Source: Eledone cirrhosa
Lineage: Eukaryota
Assembly (NCBI GenBank): GCA_964016885.1
Contig: OZ024746.1
Coordinates: forward strand, 67,642,001-67,706,000
Direction: 5' to 3'
Length of the DNA stretch: 64,000 nt
Shown here: positions 39,512 through 52,090 of the stretch, one piece after another
Layout of the letters: each line of letters begins with the position of its first letter
Numbering within the stretch: the stretch's first letter is position 1
The notes under the pieces: generated by a model
The model's input: only the letters and a program-made list of their open reading frames with translations
What the model was told of the DNA's origin: nothing
Database searches by the model: none
Made by a program: the position numbers and the translations under genes

Positions 39512-40602
39512 TATAAGATTCTGACAAGAGAGAAGAGTGTGGTATGAGTTAATTAAGGAGATAGGTTGTCGGTGTAAAACTTATTGAGAGGAAAGCCAAG
39601 CAGAGAAGCTAGCAGTCTTGTGTGAATTAAATAGCGACGAGCACAAAGGCACATAATTACAAAGAAACAAATCAGACAAGCGCATGAAGCAAAGAAAGGC
39701 ACTAAAGAAGTGGAATGAATATCGGATTTAAATGAATTAGAGGTAAGTGCTCATTCATCTAAGTGGCGAGATACCCTTTTGAAAAATAAAACTGCATCAC
39801 CCAAAAGCACATGTGGATCCTTTCTATCCGCCTATAAGGGAAGGTAGAGGAATGATCCAGCTTGAACGCGAACAAACTGCAGATTATTAGAAAAGGAAAA
39901 GGAACTTACCTTTAATCATAAAGGGAATTAGTAAGTATGTTGAAGATAAAGAAAAGTGTGAAAATGATAGTGATTCTGCAATTCAGGTTGGAAGGAGCAT
40001 CAAAATGGCAAAAAATGAAAATCAACGGAAACTGTACAAAATGGGAACAAAACCTCTACATAGACAGTATATCCTCTTTAGCAAAGAACCTAATGTAAAT
40101 AAAAGTCTCACTTATCAGTGGCGAGGGCTTCATTTCGGTTGCAAATGATCAATGTCTTTCAACCCGCAATTTTCAAATCAATATGATTAGAAATGGAGCT
40201 GACCCAAAGTGTCGAAGTTGCAATGACCATATTGAGATTATTAACTACTTAATTTCAGGCTGCAAAGCGTTAGATTCCCAGGAGTATAAAACTAGGCAGG
40301 GTGAAGTAAGGCAATATTTACACTAGGTAATATGTAGATTTTACTTTATAAAGATAGAGGAAAATGATACAAGGGAATAGAAGGCGAGAATTTTACAATC
40401 CGATGGGATTTCTCTGTGATCACTAATAGATCAATCAAGGTCAATAGATCTTATATAATTGGGAAGTACTGTAAAAACAAAACATGCCTCATACTTGACA
40501 TGAGCATTCCATATCCTGGAAAAAAAGCATCGAATTCTCTATAGATATAATGATCTGAAAATCAAAATTGAAAAAACGTGGCGTCTTAAAACCTATACAA
40601 TA

Positions 40603-41498
40603 CGAGGTGGGTCAGAAAAGTTCCAGGACTGATGTCACAAAAGATTTATTTCAAACCCAAACTTCACACTAATTGTTTTCTCCTTCAAAGTAATCCCCCT
40701 GGAGTCTAATGCACTTTTCCATCCTTTTCTGCCACGCTTGCATGCACTCCTGGAAGGATTCTTCCGGGATCCTCCGCAGTTTCGTCGTCACGGCCTTTTT
40801 TATGTCGTCCACGTCTTCAAAATGGGTCCCCTCCGGGTCGAACTCGAAGATCCATCACTCATCACCGATGATGACTGTCCCAGCAAGTCTGGTTCAGTTT
40901 CAAGACGCTCGAGGATGTCCTGGCACACTTGCATGCGTCGACCCTTCTGGTCATCGTTCAGCAGTTTTGGCACCATCTTCGCGCAGACTTTCCGCATGTC
41001 CCAATCTTCAGTGAGAATCTTCCAGACGCTGTCCCGATTCATGCCCGGCTCATTTGCTATCAGTCGAACAGTCAGCCGACGATCGCTACGCACCATCTTC
41101 CTGACGCGCTCAACGTTGACCTCAGTCCTGGTTGTTGAGGGCCTTCCGCTCCTGGGGTCATCTTCCACGTCCTCGCGTCCTTCTTTAAACCTCTTGCACC
41201 ACTCAAAAACACGTGAGCGTGACATCGTCTCATCTCCATACACTTGCTGCAGCAATCCCAGTGCTTCTGACGAAGTTTGCCCCAACCGTTCGTTGCTCTG
41301 TGCTCATTGCTTGACGACCTGAAACAGAGGACATGTATATAAAATTATGAAGAAAAAAGTTTGATCGCTGAAGAGAGCTAAGATTACAGTTACATACTCC
41401 AGGGGGGTTACTTTGAAGAAGAAAACTCTTAGTGTGAAGTTTGGGTTTGAAATAAATCTTTTGTGACATCAGTCCTGGAACTTTTCTGACACACCTCG
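40603..41498 (-). mobile_element. Internally deleted mariner element with about 103-bp TIRs and TA target-site duplication
   Basis: TA|CGAGGTGGGTCAGAAAAGTTCC ... GGAACTTTTCTGACACACCTCG|TA; TIRs 40603-40705 and 41396-41498. Confidence 0.95.
40672..41310 (-). pseudogene. Mariner transposase remnant (HTH domains retained; most of the DDD catalytic domain deleted)
   Basis: VYGDETMSRSRVFEWCKRFKEGREDVEDDPRSGRPST..RKVCAKMVPKLL..GDE*WIFEFDPE fused to GTHFEDVDDIKKAVT..WQKRMEKCIRLQGDYFEGEN*. Confidence 0.92.
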
Positions 41499-41851
41499 TA
41501 TCAGCGATAAACCGTGCACGTAAAATGATGAGAAAAGGGAACATAAAAGTATTTGGATTAGATATTGAAAGACTACCTCTGCAAGAGACTCAGAAAATAG
41601 TGCTGACTGGCACTGTCCATGTCACGAAAAGAGTATTAACAATTTAAATACCTTACAAAGATATTTTGCTGTGTTATGTTCATGTCTTTATTGAATCATT
41701 TATATGTAAACATGTGTATTACCAAATTTTGCCTCTCGACAAGATACGGGGAATAGCAGAATTCAAAAGAAGTTTCTGATAAAAAGAGAACGAAGAAGAA
41801 GAAGAAGAAGAAGAAGAAGAAGAAGAAGAAGAAGAAGAAGAAGAAGAAGAA

Positions 41852-42290
41852 GCCAATACACATAGACAAGGAAATCAAAGCCAACCAAACATCCATTGTA
41901 GTCAAAGACCACAAAGAAAACAATGATCTTCTAATTGATGTATCAGTCCCCACAGATGATAATACATTTCAAAGAAATGGAGAAATTATTCAAATATAAA
42001 GATCTGGAGATGAAAATAATAATCCGAATTTGGACGACAAAAAAAAGGAAACATTCCCTTATTATAAATAATAGTTGCTCTTGGGATGATAAACTAAACA
42101 CACAGACAGATGCATGATCAAAACTCCAGGACCAACAAATATGTATACAACATACAAAAAAATAGTATTATTAGGGATTGCACACACATTATGAAGATTA
42201 TTGTCCATACAATAGAAAAAATATTTCACGTCCCCAAGCTTCACAGAGCTCTACACGGTAATGCAGTAACAACACGCAACATTGATAATC
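41852..42290 (+). mobile_element. Second Dong/R4-type RLE-domain fragment, next to a (GAA)n tract
   Basis: PIHIDKEIKANQTSIVVKDHKENNDLLIDVSVPTDDN..KEMEKLFKYKDLE..IQKIVLLGIAHTL. Confidence 0.8.
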
Positions 42291-42291
42291 A

Positions 42292-43400
42292 TAATTGTTT
42301 CTACTATGGGCACAAAGCCAATAAATTGAAGGGAAGGGGAAAGTCTATTAAATTCACCACAGTGCGTTACTGGTACTTTATTTTGTCGACCCTATAAAAA
42401 TAAAAAGCAAAGCTAACGTCGGCGGGATTTGAACTCATACTGCCAAATAATAATAATAATGGTTTTCTGATTTAGGCAGAAGGCCAACAATTTTGGAAGA
42501 TAGGAAAGTCGATTAGATCGACCCCAGTGCATTACTGGTGCTTTATTCATGGACCCCGTAAGGATGAAAGGCAAGCTAACCTCGGCAGGATTTGGATCCA
42601 GAACGTAAAGGGCCATAACTCTATGCCACAAAACAAGTTGTCCGATGCTCTACCGATACTACCAAATAATGGTTTCTACTTTAGGCACAAGGCCAACATT
42701 TATGGGGAGGGGCAAGTCGATTAAATCGACCCCATTGTGTATCAGCCCCGTAAGGATGAAAAGCAAAGCTAACCTCGGTGGATTTGAACTCAGAACGTAA
42801 AGGGCCATAACTATATGCCGATACTACCAAATAATGATTTCTAGTATAGGCATAAGGCCAATAATTTTGGAGGAGGGGAAAGTCGATTAAATCGACCCCA
42901 GTACGTTACTGGTCCTTTATTGTATCGACCCCGTAAGGATGAAAGGCAAAGTTAACCTCGGCGGGATTTGAACTCAGACCGTAAAGGGGCGTAACTCAAT
43001 GCCGCTAAGCATGTTGTCCGACACTCTAGCGCTACTACCAAATAATTGTTTCTACATTTGGCACAAGGCCAGCAGTTACCCAGTACATTACTGGTACTTT
43101 ATTTTATCGACCCCGTAAGGATGAAAGGCAAAGTTGACCTCGGCGGGATTTGAACTCAGAATGGAAAGGGCCGTAACTCTATGCGTCAAAGCATGACGTC
43201 CGACCCTCTACCGATACTGCCAATCCAATACTACTACCAAATAATAGATAGTGATTTAGGCACAATGCCACCAATTTTGAGGGAAGGGAGAAGTCGATTA
43301 AATGGAACCCACTGCATTACTGGTGCTTTATTTATCGACCCCATAAGGATGAAAGGCAAGCTAACCTCGATAGAATTTGAACTCAGAACGTAAAGGCCGT
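42292..43400 (-). mobile_element. Head-to-tail array of about 6 SINE family A copies (several subfamilies)
   Basis: Repeated tttcta.t.t.ggcacaaggcca...accccgtaaggatgaaaggcaa...gatttgaactcag units separated by aataat. Confidence 0.9.
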
Positions 43401-44619
43401 TTTGTTTTCAGATTCTTAGAGCAGAAGCCCTCAATTGGGTTTTGCTGGCACAAGTGTAAGAATATCCTTGCTGTTTAACAAAAGCAACTACGATCCAGGC
43501 GTACAGGCTAGAGAGCGGAAGTTTTGCATAATATTACTACTTGTCTCTGCTTCCTCCTCATTCCCGAAAGCAGACCTTTTCTATGCTTAAAAATTCCGTC
43601 GAGACGTCACAGAGAGCCTGTTTACCTACCTTCGTGAGACAAAGATAAATTAGTTTCTTTCTAGTCTGTTTCGGTCTTTACATTCTCTGTTTAAACATTC
43701 AATATAAGATGTGACGTTGTCAAACGTCGTTTGTGTTTTTGTTAATGTCTAAGTGTGTGTGAGTGTGTATATTGTTGTTGTTATTCATGTTACGGAAATT
43801 ATCATTGTTGGACAGACGACTGGCTATTATTATCTATGTCGTAAAGTGTTTGTTTCGATATAGATTTATTTGTATTGCTCTAAACACTGTTTGTCTTTTT
43901 GTAAACTCATTTCAATATTTCTTTCTTTTTTTCTTTATCGCTGCACTTTGTTTTGATTCAGCATCTGTTATGCTACTTTCTTTCTTGTTCATACCTCTTG
44001 CTGCACCTCGCGTCAACATTTTTTCAGACTGTAGAGAAAACATTAAGAAAAAATGTTCTGATAAAAAAGAAAACGACTTAGTCCCAATGTTATTAAGTCC
44101 ACTGTTTGCGAAATAATCCAAGGGAAAAAGATTTTATTCAATAAAACTGAGAGAAAAAACCCTTTTTCATAGAAGCCGTATTACATGACGTGTACACTTT
44201 AATACATAATAATAATAATACTGCTTTTTTATTTATTTGCTTTTTTTATTTATTTATGTATTGGCTTTTTAGTAGTAGTAGTGGTAGTAGTGGTAGTAGT
44301 AGTAGTAGTTTTGACAAATATATCATGAGGTCCCTATCTTAAAAAGAAGAATTAAGTATATCCCGTATGAATATATCGTTAACAATATTTATGAATCCTA
44401 ATATAGCTGTTTTATGAAACCTGAATATATCTATCCTTATTGGTCATCAGTGAAACTATTTAAAGAAATATATGTGCCAATTACAAATAAGATACGAGAC
44501 ACATTACTTAACAGTTTACTATGTTTAGTTCAATAGCTATTACAGTGTATCTCCTTTGACATTTAGCTCAGTTAGGCATAACGTTATATTCCTTTGGGAT
44601 TGTTGTGTCTATAACTATA

Positions 44620-45422
44620 ATATAGGCAATGAATTAACAAAGCCGTTAGAACGTTGGATAGAAGAATGCTTTGTGGTATTCATTTCGGCTCTTTGCTATC
44701 TGAGTTCAAATCCTGCTGAGTTCAATTTTGCAATTCATCCATTCGGGATCGATAATAACAAAGTATCCAGCCTAGTACTGGGATCGATTCTTCCGCTACA
44801 GATCTTTCACACTTCCATTATCTCACTGGATTATCTCGGTGGATTGGCAGTATCGGTAGAGGATCGGACGCCATGCTTTGACGCATAGAGTTACGGCCCT
44901 TGCCATTCTGAGTTCAAATCCCGCCAAGGTTAACTTTGCCTTTCATCCTTACGGGGTCGATAAAATAAAGTACCAGTAATGTACTGGGTAATTGCTGGCC
45001 TTGTGCCAATGAGATGGGTTCCACCAGGTTTTTAAATGCCCTCCTCGGGAGTTACGGATCCATACATACATTATTAAAACATTATTTCTAGAATGTTATC
45101 AACATTTTATGTTCTCGCTACTAATATGTTTGTATATTAAAGTTCCATGGTATTTTCTCATTCGCGTTTACCAGAGAGTTCTTTTTCTTTTAAACAGATG
45201 AAATAAGTGGGTAGCTATAGCTAGAACAGCTTTGTTACATTTTGGCAGTTTCGGTAGAGGGTTGGACGCCATGCTTTCCAGCATAGTTACGTCCCTTTAC
45301 GGTCTGAGTTCAAATCCCATCGAGGTTAACTTTGCCTTTCATCCTTATGGGGTCGATGAAATAAAGTACCAGTAATGTACTTGGTAATTGCTGACCTTGT
45401 CCCAAAAGTAGAAACAATTATT
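44620..45422 (+). mobile_element. Three SINE family A copies (44620-44790 old; 44835-45010; 45241-45422)
   Basis: A/B boxes and body motif in each copy. Confidence 0.85.
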
Positions 45423-46117
45423 ATGTCACAAAATGTATTTTATCGGAACTAGTGTGGTATATTCTGAAGACATATGGTGTAGTGTTTAAGAAACTACAGC
45501 ACACAGGTGACATTTGTTATGTATATTTTATGTACATTTTAAATATTGCTTTCAATATACTTCGGGTTGATCATCTGTGTTATTCCTGACCTCTGCTTGC
45601 CACGTGTTTGGATGTTTCTCTTTAAACAAACTTAACTATGGAACGAGATCGAAGACAACCGGAATATGTTTTCGATAATACTGACAAAATTAAAAAAAGA
45701 TATATACATTAACTGATGTAGCGGAGAATATCGATCATGCTAAGACTTTTTTACTGGAGAATTATCTCTTTACATACATGTAGCCTTAGCCACGGCGTTA
45801 ATCCTAGTTAAATAAGTATTAATATAAACAAGAGTGGAGCTTACCCTTGTCTTTAATTAATATGGATTGCAGATAAGTTATATAATAGTTAATAAATCTG
45901 TACTAGTGCAATTTTCTAATCTGCACTCACAGCTCAGAAGCTAGGGATGTATTTTCATGCTAATGTGTGTGTATGTGTGTTTAAATATGTACATGTGTAT
46001 GCTATTCTCAAACCAAACATCCAGCCCGAATGCTTGCAGCAAAACGATGACTCCGCTAAAGACACCCAGTGACCTGGTGGCGTTGATAAACCGGGCGAGC
46101 CAGTAGGCGCAACGCCC

Positions 46118-46164
<47 letters not shown>

Positions 46165-46528
46165 GATATTAAATAAATGGAAACTATATTTATAAAACCA
46201 TATTTATTTCATTATATATATTTCAGGGATATCGTATTAACAATATGTTATGCCTTCCTCAGACAAAATACAATATAGACAGTTTTATAGATAAATAGAT
46301 TTGACATACCGTTCAACATCGACTTGTATTTGAAAAAGTTGATTTGGCAGTGAAAAATTGTAAACAGAAAGAAAGAAAGAAAGAAAGAAGGAAAGAAAGA
46401 AAGAAAACGAAGAAAAAGAAGAAAAAGAAGAAATGTATGCAACAAAATAGAGAGATAGAAAGATAGATAAAGAGAAGAACTTCATGTAAAGAAACAGAGA
46501 GAGATATATATAGAGAGAGGAAATAGAT

Positions 46529-46577
<49 letters not shown>

Positions 46578-46787
46578 TATATAGTATTAGTTATACTATT
46601 TATGGTTATGTAAACACAAAACCTTAAGCAGTTGTAAGTATTTTACACACACCCTAAATAGTGGTAGGCAGTAATGTATTACTACCTTATTACCAGTAAG
46701 TTAAGTAGCTCAATGTAAAAACATCAGATGATTTACAGAGCAGTTATATGAAATATAAGAATCAAAGAACTGTTCAAAACATTATTG

Positions 46788-46834
46788 TGCTTACAGCTGT
46801 TTCCTCCAAACCGAGGTTTGGATTCTTCGGAGCA
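46788..46834 (-). ncRNA. Hammerhead motif (family E, left-arm copy)
   Basis: Reverse complement of 48579-48625. Confidence 0.75.
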
Positions 46835-48578
46835 ATTTATTAATGCATGGACAGTTATATGACCTCCTTTTCAGCCGAGAGACATACCAACACATATTCA
46901 AACATTGATACATATTCAAACATTGTGGGTCAACATTCATTACAGAATTTAGAGTGGCAGTACACACTTCGAGATTACATTTATATTAATAGGTACAATC
47001 AAAAATCAAAGATATAGGTTAAAGTACAACATGAAGATAAGTGGTTATATAGTGCAAATGTTATATGTGTGGCACGCATGTGCGTCTTGTTTATATAGTG
47101 TGGCAGAGAGATATGTGTGGTAGAGGCACTTAGGTAGGTAAATAAGAGTGTTAGGTTGGTAGATCTGGTGGCAAAGTCTTTATATGATTGATATAGTCTG
47201 TGTGTGGAGAAATATTATAAGCATTAAAGATAGTGCAAGCATTAAAAGTGTTATAAGTATTGGAGATGCACAGCGCAGGGATGTCAAGTAATTCATGTAC
47301 TTCGGCATTTTCATGGTCAAGGGAGTGTATATTTCGATTATATGCCTTTCACATAATCCACGACAATCCAGTTAGAGATCGTAGTCTGGTGTTCTTTAGT
47401 TCGATACAGGAGGTTGTTACGTTTCGAGAAACGCCATTGAATACCGGAAGTGTGTGTGTGGCTAAGGGGAGTTAATGCATGCGGGGAGGTAACTCTGGGG
47501 TTTCTATATCTAGCCATTAAAATGTGTCCCAATATAGACCCTAAATTCTATGGTGAGGTGCACCTTCCAAGAGAGACTTTTAAAGCATAAAGTGTACTAA
47601 CTATAGAGTAGTTTAACTAAATTATGCTGAAGGTGATCATATTATTATTAAGGTGGATTAACCCATCTTAAGGTGCTACAAATGGAAATTATAGATGATG
47701 AGCGAGGATTCTAAATTAATGATCTCTGTGGTTGTAGTCTGCTCATATGACCAGGCGCGGTGACTGCAGGATTGCTTCAGGACCCAATGATCTCTGGTAA
47801 GATCTGGGTCATCGCTTGCTACATTGGATGTCGAAAGATAATCGTCCCCAGGCAGGCCAAAGGTCAATCCGCAGTCCTCGTGACCCCTCTCTGACCGTCA
47901 GATCATCCATATACGTACAACCCGCACGGCAGTTGCATTGCATTCACTCACTGCGCTCAGCAGCCCGGTCCTACTGGTCAACAGCGCTACTCGATTAAAT
48001 CATTTTACATCTGTCTAAGGAAGGTGTTTCCTCTGCCCAACACCATCCAACCGATCAATTCATGCTCAAATTACCCTTAGAGCGGTGTAGTGCCGTCCAA
48101 GTGGGTGGATGTTGTCACACCTGCCGTAGAGGTATAAATGGGTATTTTCCCTGCGAAGGGTTCCAGAGGGATGTCGTTGTTTGTGTTATAATGGATCAGC
48201 TAGTGTTGGGTATGTAGTATATCAATCATATAAAGACTTTGCCACCAGATCTACCAACCTAACACTCTTATTTACCTACCTAAGTGCCTCTACCACACAT
48301 ATCTCTCTGCCACACTATATAAACAAGACGCACATGCGTGCCACACATATAACATTTGCACTATATAACCACTTATCTTCATGTTGTACTTTAACCTATA
48401 TCTTTGATTTTTGATTGTACCTATTAATATAAATGTAATCTCGAAGTGTGTACTGCCACTCTAAATTCTGTAATGAATGTTGACCCACAATGTTTGAATA
48501 TGTATCAATGTTTGAATATGTGTTGGTATGTCTCTCGGCTGAAAAGGAGGTCATATAACTGTCCATGCATTAATAAAT

Positions 48579-48625
48579 TGCTCCGAAGAATCCAAACCTC
48601 GGTTTGGAGGAAACAGCTGTAAGCA
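48579..48625 (+). ncRNA. Type-I hammerhead motif with C4 core variant (family E)
   Basis: tgct-CCGAAGA-a-TCCAAACC tc GGTTTGGA-g-GAAAC-AGCT-GTA-agca; predicted cleavage after 48621. Confidence 0.77.
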
Positions 48626-49969
48626 CAATAATGTTTTGAACAGTTCTTTGATTCTTATATTTCATATATTTCATATTTCATATTTCATAAATATATATAT
48701 ATATATATTAAGGGCGTTACACGCACTCAGACGTGTATGTGTCCTTGTAAGTGTATGTATATGTATTTGTTAACTGTTCTTGAATTCCCATACTTAGGTA
48801 GTTATAATAGTTATAGGTTTGATGTACTGTTTACTTATACACATGCATAGCAGTTTTTTTTTTTTGTTATTGCGGGGGGGGGGGGTCCATCTGATCATAT
48901 GGAAAACTCGGAAAAGTTTTCGCTTCCAAAAATTGTCCAAATTGTTTTTGTTTCTACCACTGCTTTAGTATTTGCCACTGTTGTCGTTGTAGCTACTGTT
49001 GATGTATTTTTTCTGTCTCTTCTCGTTATTCTTATAGTTTATTCCAAGTTTTCTTGGTACTATCTTTAGCAACAGATTACGATGATATAAAGGTAATAGA
49101 AAAATAGAAAAACTATATGTAAACCATAAAGAAGAATCACAGACATCTATCTGAATTATTCGATTCAACTTTGGCATTTCTATAAGCGTTCGACTGATAC
49201 TAAATTTTTGACATATTCCACATTATAATAAGAAATAACACGCGAACAGTTGAGACAGGTTTGCTCTCAGCGGTTAGGAACAAATCATTAACACAGCTTG
49301 TAGAGAAAATTTGAAAATATAACAGACGGCGAATTAGCAGAGACGTTAAAGCTGAGAACAAAATGCCTTGCGATATTTGTTCCAGCTCTCTACGCCTTCG
49401 GTTCAAGTCTCAACGAAATCAACTTTGCCTTATTTGTACTTAGTTTAAGGAGATGGAGTGACGGAATCGCTCGACTATTTGATAGGATTACTTAATCGTG
49501 GGTGATAGACTTAATATACCACCACTTGTCTATTGAATGTATTCAGTGCTGTCCACTCTATTACAACGACTCAGCTTAGGCCTCAGTTTGAAGTTATATT
49601 CCTCCCACCAGTTTTCGAGACCCTAAAAGTGATCATGGACACAGCTCCGTCATAACAGGCAAAACTGTAAAAATTTAAACAGAGAGGAGAAAGGGTGTTC
49701 AAGCAAAACAGTATTCATCTGGAGGCACATAACTGTTTTCCTTTTCTTTTTTTATATTGGTGTTGAAGTAGTTGTAGCTATTATAGCAGCTCTTGTTTAT
49801 CGCGGTTGTTGTTGTTGTTCCTGTTGTTCATACTGTGTTTTAGCCCACAGATCTGCAAATATGGGGTGGGCAGACATAACATGAAAGATATTTCTAAAAT
49901 GACTATCCTGTGTTTTATTTATCTTCAGATATAGTGTATTTAAAAAGTCTAAAGTCTGTCTTAAGCCAG

Positions 49970-50220
49970 AAGGCTCATTTGGCCGATGCTTATACGGCAT
50001 TCAAAGCATGAAGCGACTGAGAGTACAAGACTCCCTCCTGGACGCCAGTCCATCAATAGGGTTAAACCCCCAGCTATTGCTGGTACTCAGTTTCAGCTGA
50101 GTATACTGAAGCAACGTGAAATGAATTGTTTTGCTCACGAACACAACACGCAACCCAGGAATCGAACGCACAACGTTATAATCGTAAGTCCAACACCCTT
50201 ACCACTTGGCCACGTGCTTC
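49970..50220 (-). mobile_element. tRNA-derived SINE family V (V-domain-like), near full length
   Basis: Minus strand: TGGCCAAGTGG (A box), GTTCGATTCC (B box), GATGGACTGGCGTCC..GGGAGTCTTGTACTCTCAGTCGCTTCATGC. Confidence 0.8.
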
Positions 50221-50248
50221 CACAATAATGTATTTAAGGTTACATTAT

Positions 50249-50828
50249 ACAATGGGTCTCTCCATCCACGTTATTGGTTAACCTCAGATCAAGCAAACCT
50301 ATAATAGTGGCAATTCTGTATGTTTTTGTTGGAGAAGGGTACTCAGACATTATGTACCTAGGACTAAAGTTATTCATGGTTTCGAATAATAACAATGTAG
50401 GATGTATGTATGTATACAAATATATATATATATATAAAATTCAGAGGAATATATGTATATAATTAGACATAGTCACAGATACATATATGAGTCTGGCTAC
50501 CTTTCATGGTGTGGCTCAATGAAGAATTAATTAAGCAAATAATTATTAATCAGAGCTATATATAAAATTGCAAGTTTGAAGAATTATTAGATAAAATATA
50601 TACAGTATCTCTAATAATTCTTCAAACTTGCAATGTTATATATATATATATGTATATATACTCGCATATATACATCATACATGCATTGTAAATATTCGAA
50701 ACCATGAATAACTTTAGTCCTAAGTCCATAATATCTGCGTACACTTCCCCAACAAAAACATACACAATTGTGACTATTATAGGTTAGCTTGATCTGAGGG
50801 TAACCAATAACGTGGAGCGACCCATTGT
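50249..50828. repeat. Diverged inverted repeat (50249-50397 / 50684-50828) enclosing (TA)n tracts and a 25-bp-arm hairpin (50567-50591 / 50610-50634)
   Basis: taggactaaagttattcatggtttcgaata versus tattcgaaaccatgaataactttagtccta; attgcaagtttgaagaattattaga versus tctaataattcttcaaacttgcaat. Confidence 0.88.
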
Positions 50829-51676
50829 CATACAGTGTGTCTTGAGCATTTTATTTTAAACTTGGCGGAGTCAATCCCCTCTCCAGGCTGGAATACATCC
50901 GATTTCTTCCACAGAGAGAGAGAAAGAATGGTAGAGTGGAAGTGAGAAAGGAGACATTGGGGAAGAACAGACCTCAGCACTGATCAGGTACTTTTTTTAA
51001 CGACCTTGGAAGGGTGAAACGTAAAGTTTACCTGGGCGGGTTTTGAGCAAGAACGAAGCAATCTACCCACTCTGCTAATTCACTGCTTATCAACAATGTT
51101 TTAAGAAATCTATTTAACCATTTCCATTTCACTTGGTTAATGATTGACCGTCCAATAGCATGAGAAATTTCTTTATTTGTTCTTTTAGAATGTTCCTAGT
51201 AATCGGATTAACCGTGTCGTGTTAGCAGAGAGAAACAGCACGGCATTTAACCATAATGGACTAAGTATATGACAGAAAAACTCTTGCAGCCACAGTCACC
51301 GCTACTACTAATACCACCAAAGAAGAAGAAGAAGAAAGAAAGAAAAGAGAAAAAGGAGAAGAAAAAGAAGGCAAAGAAGGAGAAAAAGAAGAACAAGAAG
51401 AAAGAAGAAAGAAAGAAAGAAAAGAAGGAGGGTTTGGTGGTGGATAATTTCTAGCGACACCAGCAACAGTGTAGCTGCCAGCATATTGCCTCGTTAGTTT
51501 TGTTGTTGCTGCTGTTCTTGTTGCAGCTGTTGTCTGGTTACAGTTAACATTCCTCCTATTACATAACAAATGTATTTGCATGTTTTTCACATCCCTAAAC
51601 ATAACGAAACTTTTTCCAACTTGTAAATCATGCCGGTGTGTTACAACAAAAGGTTTATCTTACACCATCACACAGC

Positions 51677-51714
<38 letters not shown>

Positions 51715-51942
51715 TGTGTGTGTACGTGTATGTGAATATATGTGAGTGCATGCATCTGTATTGGTGTGTGTGTAGTGTATATGCAGTTGTGAATACAAAC
51801 GAATGCAGAAGGCATTAAACACAATGGTGAGGAAGTTGATAGATTTTCTGTTAGCTGTTTGGCTTATTTCTGCATTATCCATGATTCCATTAACCAGTTA
51901 CTAATACAATAACTAAAGAAACGGAGACTACAGTTTCGGGAG

Positions 51943-52090
51943 TATGTTGTTTAAAGGCAATGTTTTGCTGCTTCAGATCGGTGATAATGAGGATATGTTG
52001 TTAAAGGCTGTAATTTGTTGCTTCAGATATGTGGTGATGGCGGTATGTTATTAAGGGCTGGAATGTATCGCCTCAGATCAGTGCTAATGG
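51943..52090. repeat. Three diverged copies of an about 50-bp minisatellite
   Basis: tatgtt.tt..aaggc....ttt..tgcttcagat repeated three times. Confidence 0.75.

Larger units (their letters stand above)
39700..41647 (+). mobile_element. Degenerate Dong/R4-type LINE 3' part, interrupted by a mariner
   Basis: KLHHPKAHVDPFYPPIREGRGMIQLE; DPKCRSCNDHIEIINYLISGC (CCHC-like); WDFSVITNRSIKVNRSYII; after the mariner LQETQKIVLTGTVHVTKRVLTI*. Confidence 0.82.
46583..48668 (-). mobile_element. Penelope-like element remnant with 451-bp inverted arms (46745-47195 / 48218-48668), tail 46583-46744, both ends at (TA)n
   Basis: Arms are essentially exact reverse complements. The spacer's minus strand has a degenerate GIY-YIG-like C-terminus (GVSRNV..IHSLDHENAEV..). 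Hammerhead in each arm. Confidence 0.82.

Noticed and set aside
43400-43460. Possible short host exon (ttttcag ... gtaag)
   Set aside because: Splice-like motifs alone, with no recognisable coding content or partner exons.
51261-51602. Lys/Glu-rich ORF
   Set aside because: Purine-rich (GAA/GAAA)n low-complexity tract.
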